A stretch of 64,000 nt of DNA from Felis catus (lineage: Eukaryota): NCBI RefSeq assembly GCF_018350175.1, contig NC_058368.1:227170001-227234000 (forward strand), written 5' to 3'. The notes under the pieces were generated by a model. That model was not told the origin of the DNA and searched no databases. It saw only the letters and a list, made by a program, of their open reading frames with translations. Within the stretch, counting starts at the first letter, position 1, and the number at the start of each line of letters is the position of its first letter. Both the position numbers and the translations under genes were made by a program. Below are positions 50,268-61,978 of the stretch, in pieces.

Positions 50268-53200
50268 TCAAACCAAAGAGTTTTTAATGCACCATATTAT
50301 GTCATTATTATATTATTATAACAATATTACAACAGTATTGTTACAACAGTAACAATATTATATTACGTGACCTAGCGGGGGACCTGAGCAGAAGGTAACT
50401 CTGAAGTAATATCTAATCGCAAACAATATTGCTAGTAAGCCTATCTGCCCTCCCTCCCTCTGATGTATAGTCTGATCACCTGTAATTTCTGTGCAAATCA
50501 TTTTAATAGTTTTACGAACTGTGTCTATATACGTAACATTGTAAGAGGGGAAAGTCCTTTGCTTTAAGGATTCTGAATGTGTCACATCACTTACCATGAC
50601 ACAAAATGAGAGACTATGGTAAAAAAAAAGAATTAGAATGCTTCCCCCCACCCCCGCCCCCGGCAAAATCCAAATGAGAAGGTGAAAAAGAAAACACACT
50701 TGGGACGGACGTACCTGCCGGACCAAGTTTACAAAGAAGGAATCCAGTCTGTAGTTTGTGCCAGTTCCTTAGCAACTGAGGTTGACAGGCCCCGAAGGGG
50801 GAAGCATGGAAATTAGAGCAGTGGATTTTTAAAACACAGCGCTGTATTGTAAACTAAAACCCTGTCCCTCTTAACCCAGAACTGTGATGTGTAGTTGTGT
50901 GCAACGGTCTCCCCTTCGAGCTTGTTAATCATTGATTACATAACTGTGGCAACATTTTGATAGTTTTGTGTTGTTTGAGGTTTCCCTTAGCATCCTATAA
51001 AATATTTATAGGTTGTTTGAAATAAGCCAGTTTGTTTTTCTTCTCTTAATGGGACGGCGTTCCGTTTTTAAGAGAAAGGGGGAGAAATATCTTAGAAAAG
51101 TAAAGCATGGATTTGCCATGAAGCTCATAGTGGGGCTTTGAAACTACAGCCTGCAGCCAGGCTGGATGAGAGTACCGTCCGATTAATCTTGTGGGGACTC
51201 GAGGCTCATGTGGTTTCCCGAAATGTTGCAGGGGCCTTCTTCTTATGCGTGTGTTAATTGTGTTTTTCCAGGGGCGGACAGCTCCTGGGCATAAAAGCAT
51301 TTTTCTTCTTTTATCCCGTCTTTGAGGTATTTTTGTTTATTGGCTTGCTTTTTGAGGTTTTGGTGGGGAGGGGGATGGGAGAAGGGGGAAAGTCGAGGGA
51401 GATAAATTACCTTTTTTCTTTCCAACGGCTCATTAAAATACTTTATAACCTCCCTCTCCTCATAATATCATTTTCTTCCTAGTAGTCGCTAGTACTTGGT
51501 CCCAGAGAGGTGCGGCAATACCACTTGAAGGTTTTCTTCTCCGTGGAACAGAGTGTGAAACTTAAAAAAATCCTTACTGAATGTTCGACTGTGGTTTCTC
51601 CTGGGGTCTTGTAATGAGCAGGGGTCGTTGGAAGGCAGAAGGTCCTCCCAGACTGAGCGGGAGAGACTCAAGATTGCCAGAAGGACCGGGTGCGTATCTA
51701 TCGGCACCGAATAAATAGACGTTTCTGCGGCCGGTCCACATGATCCGGCAGCCTGAGCGGTGGCCTGGCCCCAGGCAGTCGGTGTGTGTGCCGTGCGGAG
51801 CCAGAGGACTCAGACACGAAAGGTGGGCCTAGTGCAGAGGTGCGGCCGGGAGCACAGCTGGAGCCCTTGATCTCCCGTCCTTGATTACAGCCTTTTTGTT
51901 CCCTTAGCAGCGCTGTGAACTCGTTCTCTTTGCTGAAGCGTGCAGGTCTCAGCGGATTGCAGGGTGCTTTCCTTTCTTCCCCAGGGAGGGCATCCTGGAA
52001 CAGGGCCGGCATGCAGCGGCAGCAAGGGCAATACTGTTTCAAAATCAGCAACCGCCCTCTTTGCCCCTCAAGGATCTTTGTCTTCTTTCCTGGCCCCATC
52101 TGCGTCCTCTTGGAGGTGCCTGCGTTTTCCTCCTTTACCCTCCCCGGTGTAGATGAAAATGGGACGATAATGACTTTGCCCTTGTCAGCTACGGTTTAGT
52201 GACTCCCTCCGTCCCGGAGAGCCGTGCACGGTTTTTGATGCAGGGCCCTTCATTTTGCAAGACTGTGGTTTGGAAAGCACCAAACGTGTCTTTCTTCGGG
52301 CCAAAGGACCTCTTCTAAATTGAAGTTTGCTGCTTTTGAGCCGGTAGCCGAGACGTCTGGCGAAAGCACTGAGATAGCACATGTATCTCGGAACACCTTA
52401 GGCCAGAGGGAAGGTCAGGGAAACTTGGCAAATGTAACATAATCGCGTATTTAGGAAATAAGCCAGGCTGTTTGCTTATTGTACAGAGAAAGAATGGACC
52501 AGAGAGAGAAACCTAAGGCAGCAGGGTTGTCCCGAGACTGCCGACCTTAGGAATATTACAAAATTAAAAAAAAAAAAAAGGCTTTTCTACCCAAATTCGG
52601 GACAACGAAGGCACGAGGCAGAGGGGGACACCCCGCAGCCCAGCGAATAAAGTTGCTCTGCTCTGTAGCCAAGAGACTCGTTCCCTCTTGTGAGGGATGT
52701 GAATGTGAACTTGGCTGCAGGGCAGGGTGGTGGGGAGATGCCAGAACACTCTATTGTTCCCCTTCATCCCTGCTTCGCGGGTTCACAGGAGTAAGAGAAG
52801 AGGATCGCGTCCATTAGGACAAGGTCACGCTCAGACGTCTACAGCAGAGCGCGGTTCTATTCACTTACCCGAGGAGGTGACCTGTGTGCCCGCTGTGTCT
52901 GAAAGGTGCCGTCTCGGCTGCCAGGTGTGGAAGTCAGGACTGCGGTAACCGCTTCCCTTTACTTAATCCTCCTTGGGTGATGGCCTGGATCCTCCCCTAC
53001 CCAAAGCCGAGACCAGGGGCCAGGGCGCATGCGGGAAGGGGTGGAGGGCTGTGGGGGAAGTAGGGGAAGAACCCACCTTACTCCTCAGTTCCCTCCTGCC
53101 TGCCTCTTCCTCTGGGTTCAGTCTTCTGACCCCCGTCTGTTCTTGCTCTGTGGTCTCTCCTGGTACTCTGAGATGGGCTCGGTTTGTTTTTGGTCAACCC

Positions 53201-54339
53201 CCAATGGTCTCTGGGAGGGGCTCTCGTGCACTGAGGTCTCGAGTGTCACGGACAGACGAGAAGCCCAGGGACTCGTTGGGCAGGGAGCTGAACAGCCCAG
53301 GAGACGGAGCCTCTGCTGCTGAGGTGGAGACAGTTACCAGACACGGGAAGTAATGTGTGTGAATGTTCTAATCACTCCGTGTTCTGGCCACAGTGTAGAC
53401 GCCCGCCTACCCTGAAGCCCTCAGCAAGACTTCGCTGTGCTGAACACGGGAGGTGACTGGGTAGAACAGGTGTGCTGTCCAGGGATCTCCAAGTGTTCCG
53501 CCTTGCATGTCCAGAACATTCTGCCTTAGGCGTTATTGCTGAGAGAGGAAAGGGAAGGTGATCACCATCCAGTGGTAACAGGATTCTCAGTCGTGGCTCA
53601 TGAGGACTGAGTGAATGGAGGAGACACTTCAGTGTTGATCATCAGCCTGGACAGAAGAACACCCACCCTCCCGCCCCGGCCAGCTCCGTGTGTTCCCAGT
53701 CCAGCCCAAGAAACGTAGCTGAGTGTTTTCTCAGGATGCTGCAGACTAACGGCTTTGATGCTCCGCAGGCCTGGACGATCAGTTCATATGTGACCTATAC
53801 GCCCAACAGTAATAATGCAGCATGGATCCCCCCCCGCCCCCGGCTGGTGTGCTTGGGGTGCTGCTTGGTCAGAACTGGTCTCTGTCCTTGACCTTCAGAC
53901 CTGCCAGTGAGCTGAGCTTTGGATGCGGTTCGCTCGTGGCTGAAACACAGCAGCAGCCTTCAGGACTGGCAGGTGAGGGAATGATGGGCGAGACCAGCAG
54001 CCGAGCCTCAGACAGCTCCCAGGCGAGGTCAGTATTACACAGGGGACGCCGATTAGCTGTTGGCCAGCCCTGCCTTAAGCAAAGCAGGCTGGAATGAAAT
54101 CTTAGGTTTCCTCACTATAAATAGCTTCCTATGTATCAATACCTAGGAGTTCATCCGATTTTAGCAAAAGCATCTAGTTAGCCTCTTACTCTCTCCTGGG
54201 GGCAGACATGTGCCATGTTTATCCCTTCGCTAAGTGCCAGCCCCTCACGTTTTTCTTAGAGCTTCAGGATTGGCACCTCATACTGGAATTCTAGGATTTG
54301 GGGCACGCTAGGTTGTTATGTACTGACCCCGGCTTCACC

Positions 54340-54680
54340 ATGGATGAACCGAGATGTCATTTATACAAAGTGGAACCAGCCAGTTACAAAAGGACAAATG
54401 ATACATGGTTCCACTCAGGAGGTCCCTAGAGCAGTCAGATCCGTAGAGACGGAGAGAACGGTGGCCAGGGGCTGAGGGGAGGGGGCGAATCAGGAGCTGG
54501 TGTTGAATGGGGACAGAGTTTCAGTTCTGCGCCGTGAAAAAAGTCCTGGACGTGGACAGTGCTGGTGGTTGTACAACAGTGTGGATGTACTTAACGTCAC
54601 GGAATTTTCCGCTTCAAAAATTGTTAAAATGGTCGATGTTATATTATGGATAGTTTACCCCAATTAAAAAAAAATATTTT
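54340..54680 (+). mobile_element. L1MB-like 3' UTR
   Basis: catggatgaacc...gccagttacaaaaggacaaat...aatggggacagagtttcagtt...ggtggttgtacaacagtgtggatgtacttaa. Confidence 0.85.
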
Positions 54681-54703
54681 AAAAGAGAAATATCATGTAT
54701 CTT

Positions 54704-54925
54704 GGGGTGCCTGGGTGGCTCGGTCAGTTAGGTGTCCGACTTCCGCTCAGGTCATGATCTCACGGTCCGTGAGTTCGAGCCCCGCATCGGGCTCTGTGCT
54801 GATGGCTCAGAGCCTGGAGTCAGCTTCGGATTCTGTGTCTCCCTCTCTCCCTGCTCCTCCCCCACTTGCAGTCTGCCTCTCTCTCTCTCAAAAATAAATA
54901 AACATTAAAAAAGATTTAAAAAAAA
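54704..54925 (+). mobile_element. CanSINE
   Basis: TSD agaaat(a/g)tca(t/c)gtatctt. Confidence 0.94.
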
Positions 54926-55360
54926 GAAATGTCACGTATCTTATGCTTTAATTACTTCCCCTTAGATCCCTTGTTTGTCCAGGAGGAAGAGGCCTGATAT
55001 TTCCTTTTTTTAAAACAAAATGTCTGTATGTTAGCTCTTCATCCCCCTAAACATTTTTTTTTGCCCTGTTCTACCTAATGAATGTAAAACCAGTAGAAAC
55101 AATTATTAAACATATCAGTCATATACATTTCCCCTTAGAACTTTTAGGAAAGTTCCTGACACGTGCTATAGGGTAAAGAAGAAAAAAATCATGATTAAGG
55201 TATTAACCTGTCAAGTTACATAAAACCAAAAGACATACTAATTTGGAGCAGCTGTGAGGTCTTTTTCTGAGGCTCCACTCCGTGGGAACTGATCCTGTCT
55301 CTTCTATTGTTGTAGAGGCCCTTGGGTCACCTTTTAGGATGCACCTTGGTTGGATGTCTC

Positions 55361-55482
55361 TTTTTTTTTTTTTTTCCTTAGGATATTATTTTAAGTAATC
55401 TCGACCCCCAACATGGGGCTCGAACTCACCACCCCAAGATCAAGAATCACCTGCTCTACCGACTGAGCCAGCCAGGAGCCCC
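55361..55482 (-). mobile_element. Short tRNA-Lys-like SINE (SINEC_old type)
   Basis: ttttaagtaatctc...ccaacatggggctcgaactcac...gctctaccgactgagccagccaggagcccc. Confidence 0.85.
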
Positions 55483-55799
55483 GCCTTCTCGGTCTTGAGG
55501 TGTCAGAACACCTTTTCTTTTGGGACAGACTCTAATGAAGCTCCCTGGGCATCATTAGAAAGCCAGCAGGAACTCCTTTAACCTGATAACTCAGAATTTT
55601 GAGGAAAACTTCAAAAACAAAGGTAGTACTTCCTAAATCAAATTGTCATTTCTAGAAACCATCTTAGGCAGCAAACTCCTCAGCAGCTACTTTTCCTTGA
55701 AAGTAGCAACTACTGTAACCATTAGAAGACCAGAGTCGACAGCACTGTGCTGCGTATTTGCAAGTTGCTCGCACTGGGCCTTAAAGAGATCTTATCACA

Positions 55800-55953
55800 G
55801 GGCGCCTGGGTGTCTCAGTCGGTTCAGCATCCAACTCTTGATTTTGGCTCAGGTCATAATCCCAGGATCATGGGCTCGAGCCCCAAATTGGGCTTAGTGC
55901 TGACAGTGCAGAGCCTGCTTGGGATTCTCTCTCTCCCTCTCCCCCGTGTGTGT

Positions 55954-55990
<37 letters not shown>

Positions 55991-56012
55991 AAATAAACTT
56001 AAAAAAATTAAA
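55800..56012 (+). mobile_element. CanSINE
   Basis: Head, (CT)n and A tail. Confidence 0.9.
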
Positions 56013-56048
56013 TAAGCATGTTGAATATACCTCAATAGAGCCATTTTT

Positions 56049-56277
56049 TTTAAATAAACTTTATTATTTTTTTTTAACGTTTATTTATTTTTGGGACAGA
56101 GAGAGACAGAGCATGAACGGGGGAGGGGCAGAGAGAGAGGGAGACACAGAATCGGAAACAGGCTCCAGGCTCCGAGCCATCAGCCCAGAGCCCGACGAGG
56201 GGCTCGAACTCCCGGGCCGCGAGATCGTGACCTGGCTGAAGTCGGACGCTTAACCGACTGCGCCACCCAGGCGCCCC
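56049..56277 (-). mobile_element. Young SINEC_Fc-type
   Basis: Perfect TSD tcaatagagccattttt. Confidence 0.96.
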
Positions 56278-58808
56278 TCAATAGAGCCATTTTTAAAATT
56301 CTTTTAATTTAAAATTTTAAAAAGGAAAATACCAGGCTACATAATAAAAATATAACTCACAAATCAGAAGTGCACAGCTCAATTTACCTTGCGACTGTAA
56401 CATTAGATTCAAACCCCGGTTAGAAAAATCAGAATCTGGTTGAGGTCTGAATCCAGAAAAGAATAACCCATGTTTGTGACTTGTTTATGTTTAACATTCA
56501 CCGCCTTCCTAGGAAATTGTGGTTCCTTCTCGATGTGGTTCTGTCCTAGGCCAAAATAGAAAACATAGCATTCCTTCTTAGAAATCTTTAAATCGTGTAT
56601 GTTGGATGCAGGACGAGGAAAAAATAAACTATCTTGCAAAAGTGTTCGGGGATTCCTTGCTCTAGCCAGATGCTCCACTTTGTGAGACTAAGAGAACATT
56701 GGAATCTCTTTTCGAGCAAACTAGTTTATGGGGGGCGTGATTGGGATGAAAGCAAAATGTTACCACCCGTCGCTTATATGGCAAGAGCCTCCCCTAATAA
56801 AGCATTTAACAGCTTCTCACGTATTCTCTTGCCTATTCTCAAGGTTTTAGTGACATTCACGGAGGGCCTTGGCTAAATATCTCGGACGAGGCCGGCCTGG
56901 GCGTTATGACATTAGATCACAGAAAGGGCCACGTACTGGTCATTGTCTCTGGTTCATCCTGCAAGTGGTGACATGGTCCTGGGCAGTCAAGGCAGGGGTT
57001 CCTCCCTCTGATGGCAGATGTTTCGATGGCACGTTCCTTCCAGAGTCAGAATAAATACTGGGTTCCACAGACATGCACCCTGTGCATGAAGTGCCCTATT
57101 TAAGGTGCAAAATTAGAATATTAAGAGTGGCAGGCTATGCAGTGAGTTCCATTGGGACTTTCGTTCCCTTGTCCGGCGTCTTGTCGTTTCTTCTAGAAAA
57201 TGAGAATCTAGAGCTTGGCGTTTTCTAGTTTGCATCCGAATCTAGCCAGCCTTGAAAACGGAACCAAACAAAAACTCTTTTTTATGCTGAAGATTTTCTT
57301 AAAAAGGTATCTTTCCGGTTTTTGTTCTTAACTGATCCAACTCTCAAGAATTCAGGCTACAGAATACGCTGGAATTCTGTGCTTTGAGAGGACCCAGTCA
57401 GACAGCAAGCCCCAGCCGTGTGCCTGCGTGTGCGTGTGTGTGTTCATGACTGTCTATGTTAGCGTCCTTTCTACCTGCCTTCGCTACTCTCTGTTAAGGA
57501 TGAGAATGAAATAGCATAAAATCTTCCCTTTTCCGGACGTGAAAAGTAAGTTGGTATCTTCCCGAGTTCAACACTTAGGTTGAAATCGAAGTCAGGAAGT
57601 GGGAAAAATGCGCTGCGGTTGCTATGGCAACCCACTGACACCTCTCACGCTTTGGTTTCAAGACCTTTCCCCCTCTGTGAAACTAACAGGGCACCAGACT
57701 CAATGGGCTCAAACAGCGAAGGGAAGATATATTTGGGTGGCTAGGTCAAAATCACTTGAAGGGTCTTTGCTCAGATGGGTATGACTCGTTTTTCATTTGG
57801 ATTAGTGTTCAAAGAGATTCTCATGCTCTTTACAAACACCCGAGTCCCCCAGCGGCCAGGCCTTTGGTGTTCTTTGTCTTGCCAGGGATAGTGGTTCTGT
57901 TCTGTTCTGTTCGGCGGCCGACGCATGCCCACCTTAGGGGCCGGGAGGGGTCTGGCTAGGCTTCTGCCGGGTCACAGCTGCATTTTGTATACGCTGGCAG
58001 AAAAATTCACACCATGGAGGGTTGTGTTGTGTTCATTAAATGATTTATTGAAAAAATAAGCTGTTTATAAACTGTCCTTTATCAGAAAGTGTGCAAAGAG
58101 CCATCTGCCAAATAGCATAATCCCACTGGAGTGAGGCAGACAGCCCCTCGGGGACCAGTTGTTTTGTGCTGGAGGCTTTCCCCTCTGTTTCCTCTCCCGT
58201 CGCCTTGGGCAGGGGCAGGCCCTCCAACCGCTGCAGCCTCCCACCCACCCCCCCAACCTCCAGGCTTGCACACGGGAAGGTGCTCCTAGCTGTCCGGAGA
58301 AGGATGCTATTGCCCGGAGCGTGATTCCGTAATTCCGGCAGGAGACAAAGAGGGCGACTGGTTAAGCAGAAAGACAAACAGGAAAAGTAATTCACAGCCA
58401 GCAGGAGCTTCTGCCAGAGTCTCACAAGCCAAAAATTCATAGTAACACTGTATGGGTGTTTCTGAATCTCCCGAAGGCTTGAAATGAAATGATGGTAAGC
58501 AGCACAGGATGCCTGCTAGGGTAGAGTGTACACCCATGCTGCTTTTTATCACCAGCACACCAAGCTATCCGAAAGATCAAGAGCTTGATTGTACAAGTGG
58601 TTTTCAAAGTCAGTAGTGCCGGATTTGAGAAGCATTTCAAAGAGTGCTCTGCTGAGCCGGCCCTGGGCACTACTCTCAGGCTCTCCTAGGGTTTCTTTTT
58701 ACAGTGACACAGACTCGCCCAAGTTATTCTAATGATTCACCAGAGACACACAGTCATCTCTTTTAATGTTAGTCGCTTAGTCGCGACGGAATTAAAAATA
58801 TATCTGGA

Positions 58809-59017
58809 GGGGCGCCTGGGTGGCTCAGTCGGTTAAGTGTCTGACTTCGGCTCAGGTCATGATCTCACGGGTCATGGGTTTGAGACCCGCGTCGGGCTCT
58901 GTGCTGACAGCTCAGAGCCTGGAGCCTGCTTTGGATTCTGTGTCTCCCTCTCTCTCTCTCTCTCTCTCTGCCCCTGCCCCTCTTACATTCTGTCTCTCTC
59001 TCTCAAAAATAAACATC
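58809..59017 (+). mobile_element. CanSINE (host of a nested insertion)
   Basis: Full body; tail interrupted at aaataaacatc. Confidence 0.93.
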
Positions 59018-59019
59018 TT

Positions 59020-59243
59020 GGGGCGCCTGGGTGGCGCAGTTGGTTAAGCGTCCGACTTCAGCCAGGTGACGATCTCGCGGTCCGTGAGTTCGAGCCCCGT
59101 GTCGGGCTCTGGGCTGATGGCTCAGAGCCTGGAGCCTGTTTCCGATTCTGTGTCTCTCTCTCTCTCTGCCCCTTGCCCGTTCATGCTCTGTCTCTCTCTG
59201 TCCCAAAAATAAATAAACGTTGAAAAAAAAATTTTTTTTTAAA
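59020..59243 (+). mobile_element. Young SINEC_Fc-type inserted in the tail of the preceding SINE
   Basis: aaataaacatc duplicated on both sides. Confidence 0.93.
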
Positions 59244-59262
59244 TAAATAAACATCAAAAAAA

Positions 59263-59265
<3 letters not shown>

Positions 59266-59312
<47 letters not shown>
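59266..59312 (+). repeat. (TA)~23 microsatellite
   Basis: Directly visible. Confidence 0.95.
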
Positions 59313-59314
<2 letters not shown>

Positions 59315-59544
59315 AAGCATCTTAAAATTTTACCAACTCTGTAGAAATCCAGAATTATATCTGTGCTTTTAAAAACCTTGTAAAGATATGACCATAAAAA
59401 TTGCACTCAGTTGCACTAGCAGCAAAAGTAATGATTAATACTACTTGATTCATTAATGTTAGTGAAGTCAGTAGGCTTTTCTTTCCTACTTTGGCTGACT
59501 TATTTGAGAACAGTGCTTTTCTCTGTCTCAACGACGGGACAAGT

Positions 59545-59710
59545 GATATAGCCCTGATTGTGTTCCAGGTAACTGCCCTAAGTCCTTTGAAGATATTAAC
59601 TCATTAATCTGCTAACTGATGCTATGAAGCAGCTATTGTTATGATTCGCTTTTTCCAAATGAGGAAACTAAGGCACAGAGAGGGGAAGTGACTTGCCCAT
59701 GACCACACAA
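59545..59710 (-). mobile_element. MIR
   Basis: ttttccaaatgaggaaactaaggcacagagaggggaagtgacttgccca. Confidence 0.85.
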
Positions 59711-60399
59711 TAGACCTTTACATTTTTTAAGAATCTCCAGAAATCCCCTAGTAAGTCAGCAGTATACACGGTTTTCCCTGAACAGAGTCCTTTTCTCTCT
59801 GTACCCTAAGCTCACTGGCCTTTACTGTAATTAGCAATAGTAATGATAATAGTCTATGACATGTAGGGAGGGCTTGCTACTCTAGACCCTGCCTAAACGG
59901 GGTAGGGCCTCAGGTCAGTTCTGCTCATCCCTCTTGGGCCCAACACAGGCCAGTCCCCAAAGGGTAATATCTGTGCTGCTCTGAAAAGTCTCTGCCGAAG
60001 AAAAGCCTCTTTCTCTTAAAGTTGTGCAGCAGCCTTTTCCATCCTGATGCTCAATGTAGTCCTCACCCTTTCTTACCCCTATGGCCTTGGGGCTCAGTCC
60101 TGGGACCATGTATATATCAGGCCAGGGAAGGAGCAACCAAAAGTCTTGTTTCAGCCTCCCTTGCTACAGTTTCGTTCTAAAGGTTGGTATTTCTAACAGC
60201 TTGGAAAGCTGTCCAAGTTAGTAGGTGAGAGCTTGGTTCGAATGAACCCCCTTCAAGACCTGAGCCAAATTAGGGAGCCCAGGGTATCAGAATATCAAGA
60301 CAGAGACCTCACTTTTAATAAGCTTGTCAAGTCAATGTTTCTTCTCTCGTAGAACTTCTGACGTATATGGCTACGCTCTGATTTAAGAATGTAATGACT

Positions 60400-60852
60400 G
60401 GCGGTGCCTGGGTGGCTCAGTCAGTTAAGTGTCCAGCCTCACTCAGCTCAGGTCATGATCTCACGGTTTGTGGGTTTGAGCCCCGCTTCGGGCTGTGTGC
60501 TGACAGCTTGGACCCTGCTTCGGATTCTGTGTCTTCCTCTCTCTCTGCCCTCCCCTGCTAACGCTCTGTCTCTCTTTCTCTCTCAAAGATGAACAAACTT
60601 CAAAAAAAAAAAAAATTGGAAAAAAAAAAGGACAGAATGAGTGGGGCGCCTGGTGGCTCATTCGGTTAAGCGTTTGACTCTTGATTTCGGCTCAGGTCAT
60701 GATCTCACAGTTCATGGGTTCAAGCCCTACGTCGGGCTCTGCGCTCACAGTGTGGCATCTGTTTGGGATTCTCTGTCCTTTTCTGTCTGTTCCTCAACTC
60801 TCATGTGCTTTCTGTCTTTCTCAAAAGTAAATTAGCATTAAAAAAAAAAAAA
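60400..60852 (+). mobile_element. Two tandem CanSINEs (~60400-60629 and 60643-60852)
   Basis: Two heads and two A tails in the same orientation. Confidence 0.9.
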
Positions 60853-61162
60853 GAATGGATGAGTATTTACCTGCCTGGAGGATATCTGAAGATACAATCT
60901 ATCACCAGCCTTAACATGAGTGAGAGGAAAGCCACTGGCCTCAGGGGCTTTCTGCTTGCTGCCAGAATGATCCATCAGAGACACAGGAATAAGAGGGCAG
61001 GTTAGTGGAGCCTCTCCATCAAGATGGCCAGCTAAGGGCCCACCAAAGCAGTAGTGTGATTGCATCAGGGTTGGAAGCATTAAGAAATTGTTTGGCTACT
61101 TACCCATTCGGTTGTAGCTAGACATAGTTTGTCATTTGGAAGGTAGGCTGAAGGTAATCTTC

Positions 61163-61322
61163 ATTTATTTTGAGATGGACAGAATGAGTGAAAGCAGGGG
61201 TGGGGCAGAGAGAGAATCCCAAGCAGGGTCCGCACTAAAAGCGCCCGGGCTTGAACTCCTGAACCGAGAGATCATGACCTGAGCTGAGGTCAGGTGCTTA
61301 ACGACTGAGCCACCCAGGCGTA
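61163..61322 (-). mobile_element. Diverged, shortened CanSINE
   Basis: TSD gaa(g/a)gtaatctt. Confidence 0.85.
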
Positions 61323-61751
61323 TCCGTTGAAAGTAATCTTAACTAGTTATATTTCTCCTTTCAGAAAAGTTAGGTAGGTGTCGGTGTGTTTTCAGTATCT
61401 TATAGTCCAAATTTTTCATTGCTCTCCTGGTGGAACGCATCCTTATCCTCATTTCAAAGCTGGGAACCTAAAGCATGAATAGTAATTAAGATTCACTTTA
61501 ACCTTTGTTGGAATCTTACTGCCTCCAACTCCTCTTGCACCAGTTTTAAATAAATCTATTAAAATTTGTTTTTCATTCTTATACTGTGTTTTCTAGATGA
61601 CTAGAATACTTCCACAAATCCACTTATTTACTTAATACAGTCTGTTTTTATTTTGACTTTTCCCCTGAGTGGAACTACCCCTAGAACCATTAACTAGCAA
61701 TTTGATAGTTGACTTTTGTTACTGAATTTTTTGGAAAGGATATGGCTTGTT

Positions 61752-61978
61752 TATTTTTTATTTTTTTAATAATTTCTTAAATGTTTATTTATTTTCAAGA
61801 GAGAGCCAGAGTGTGAGAGAGGGAGGGGCAGAGAGAGAGGAAGACACAGAATCCGAAACAGGCTCCAGGCTCCGAGCTGTCAGCACAGAGCCAGATGCAG
61901 GGCTTAAACTCACAAACCATGAGATCATGACCTGAGCCGAAGGTGGATGCTTAACTGGCTGAGCCACCCAGGCACCCC
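61752..61978 (-). mobile_element. CanSINE
   Basis: TSD tggctt(g/a)tttat. Confidence 0.93.
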
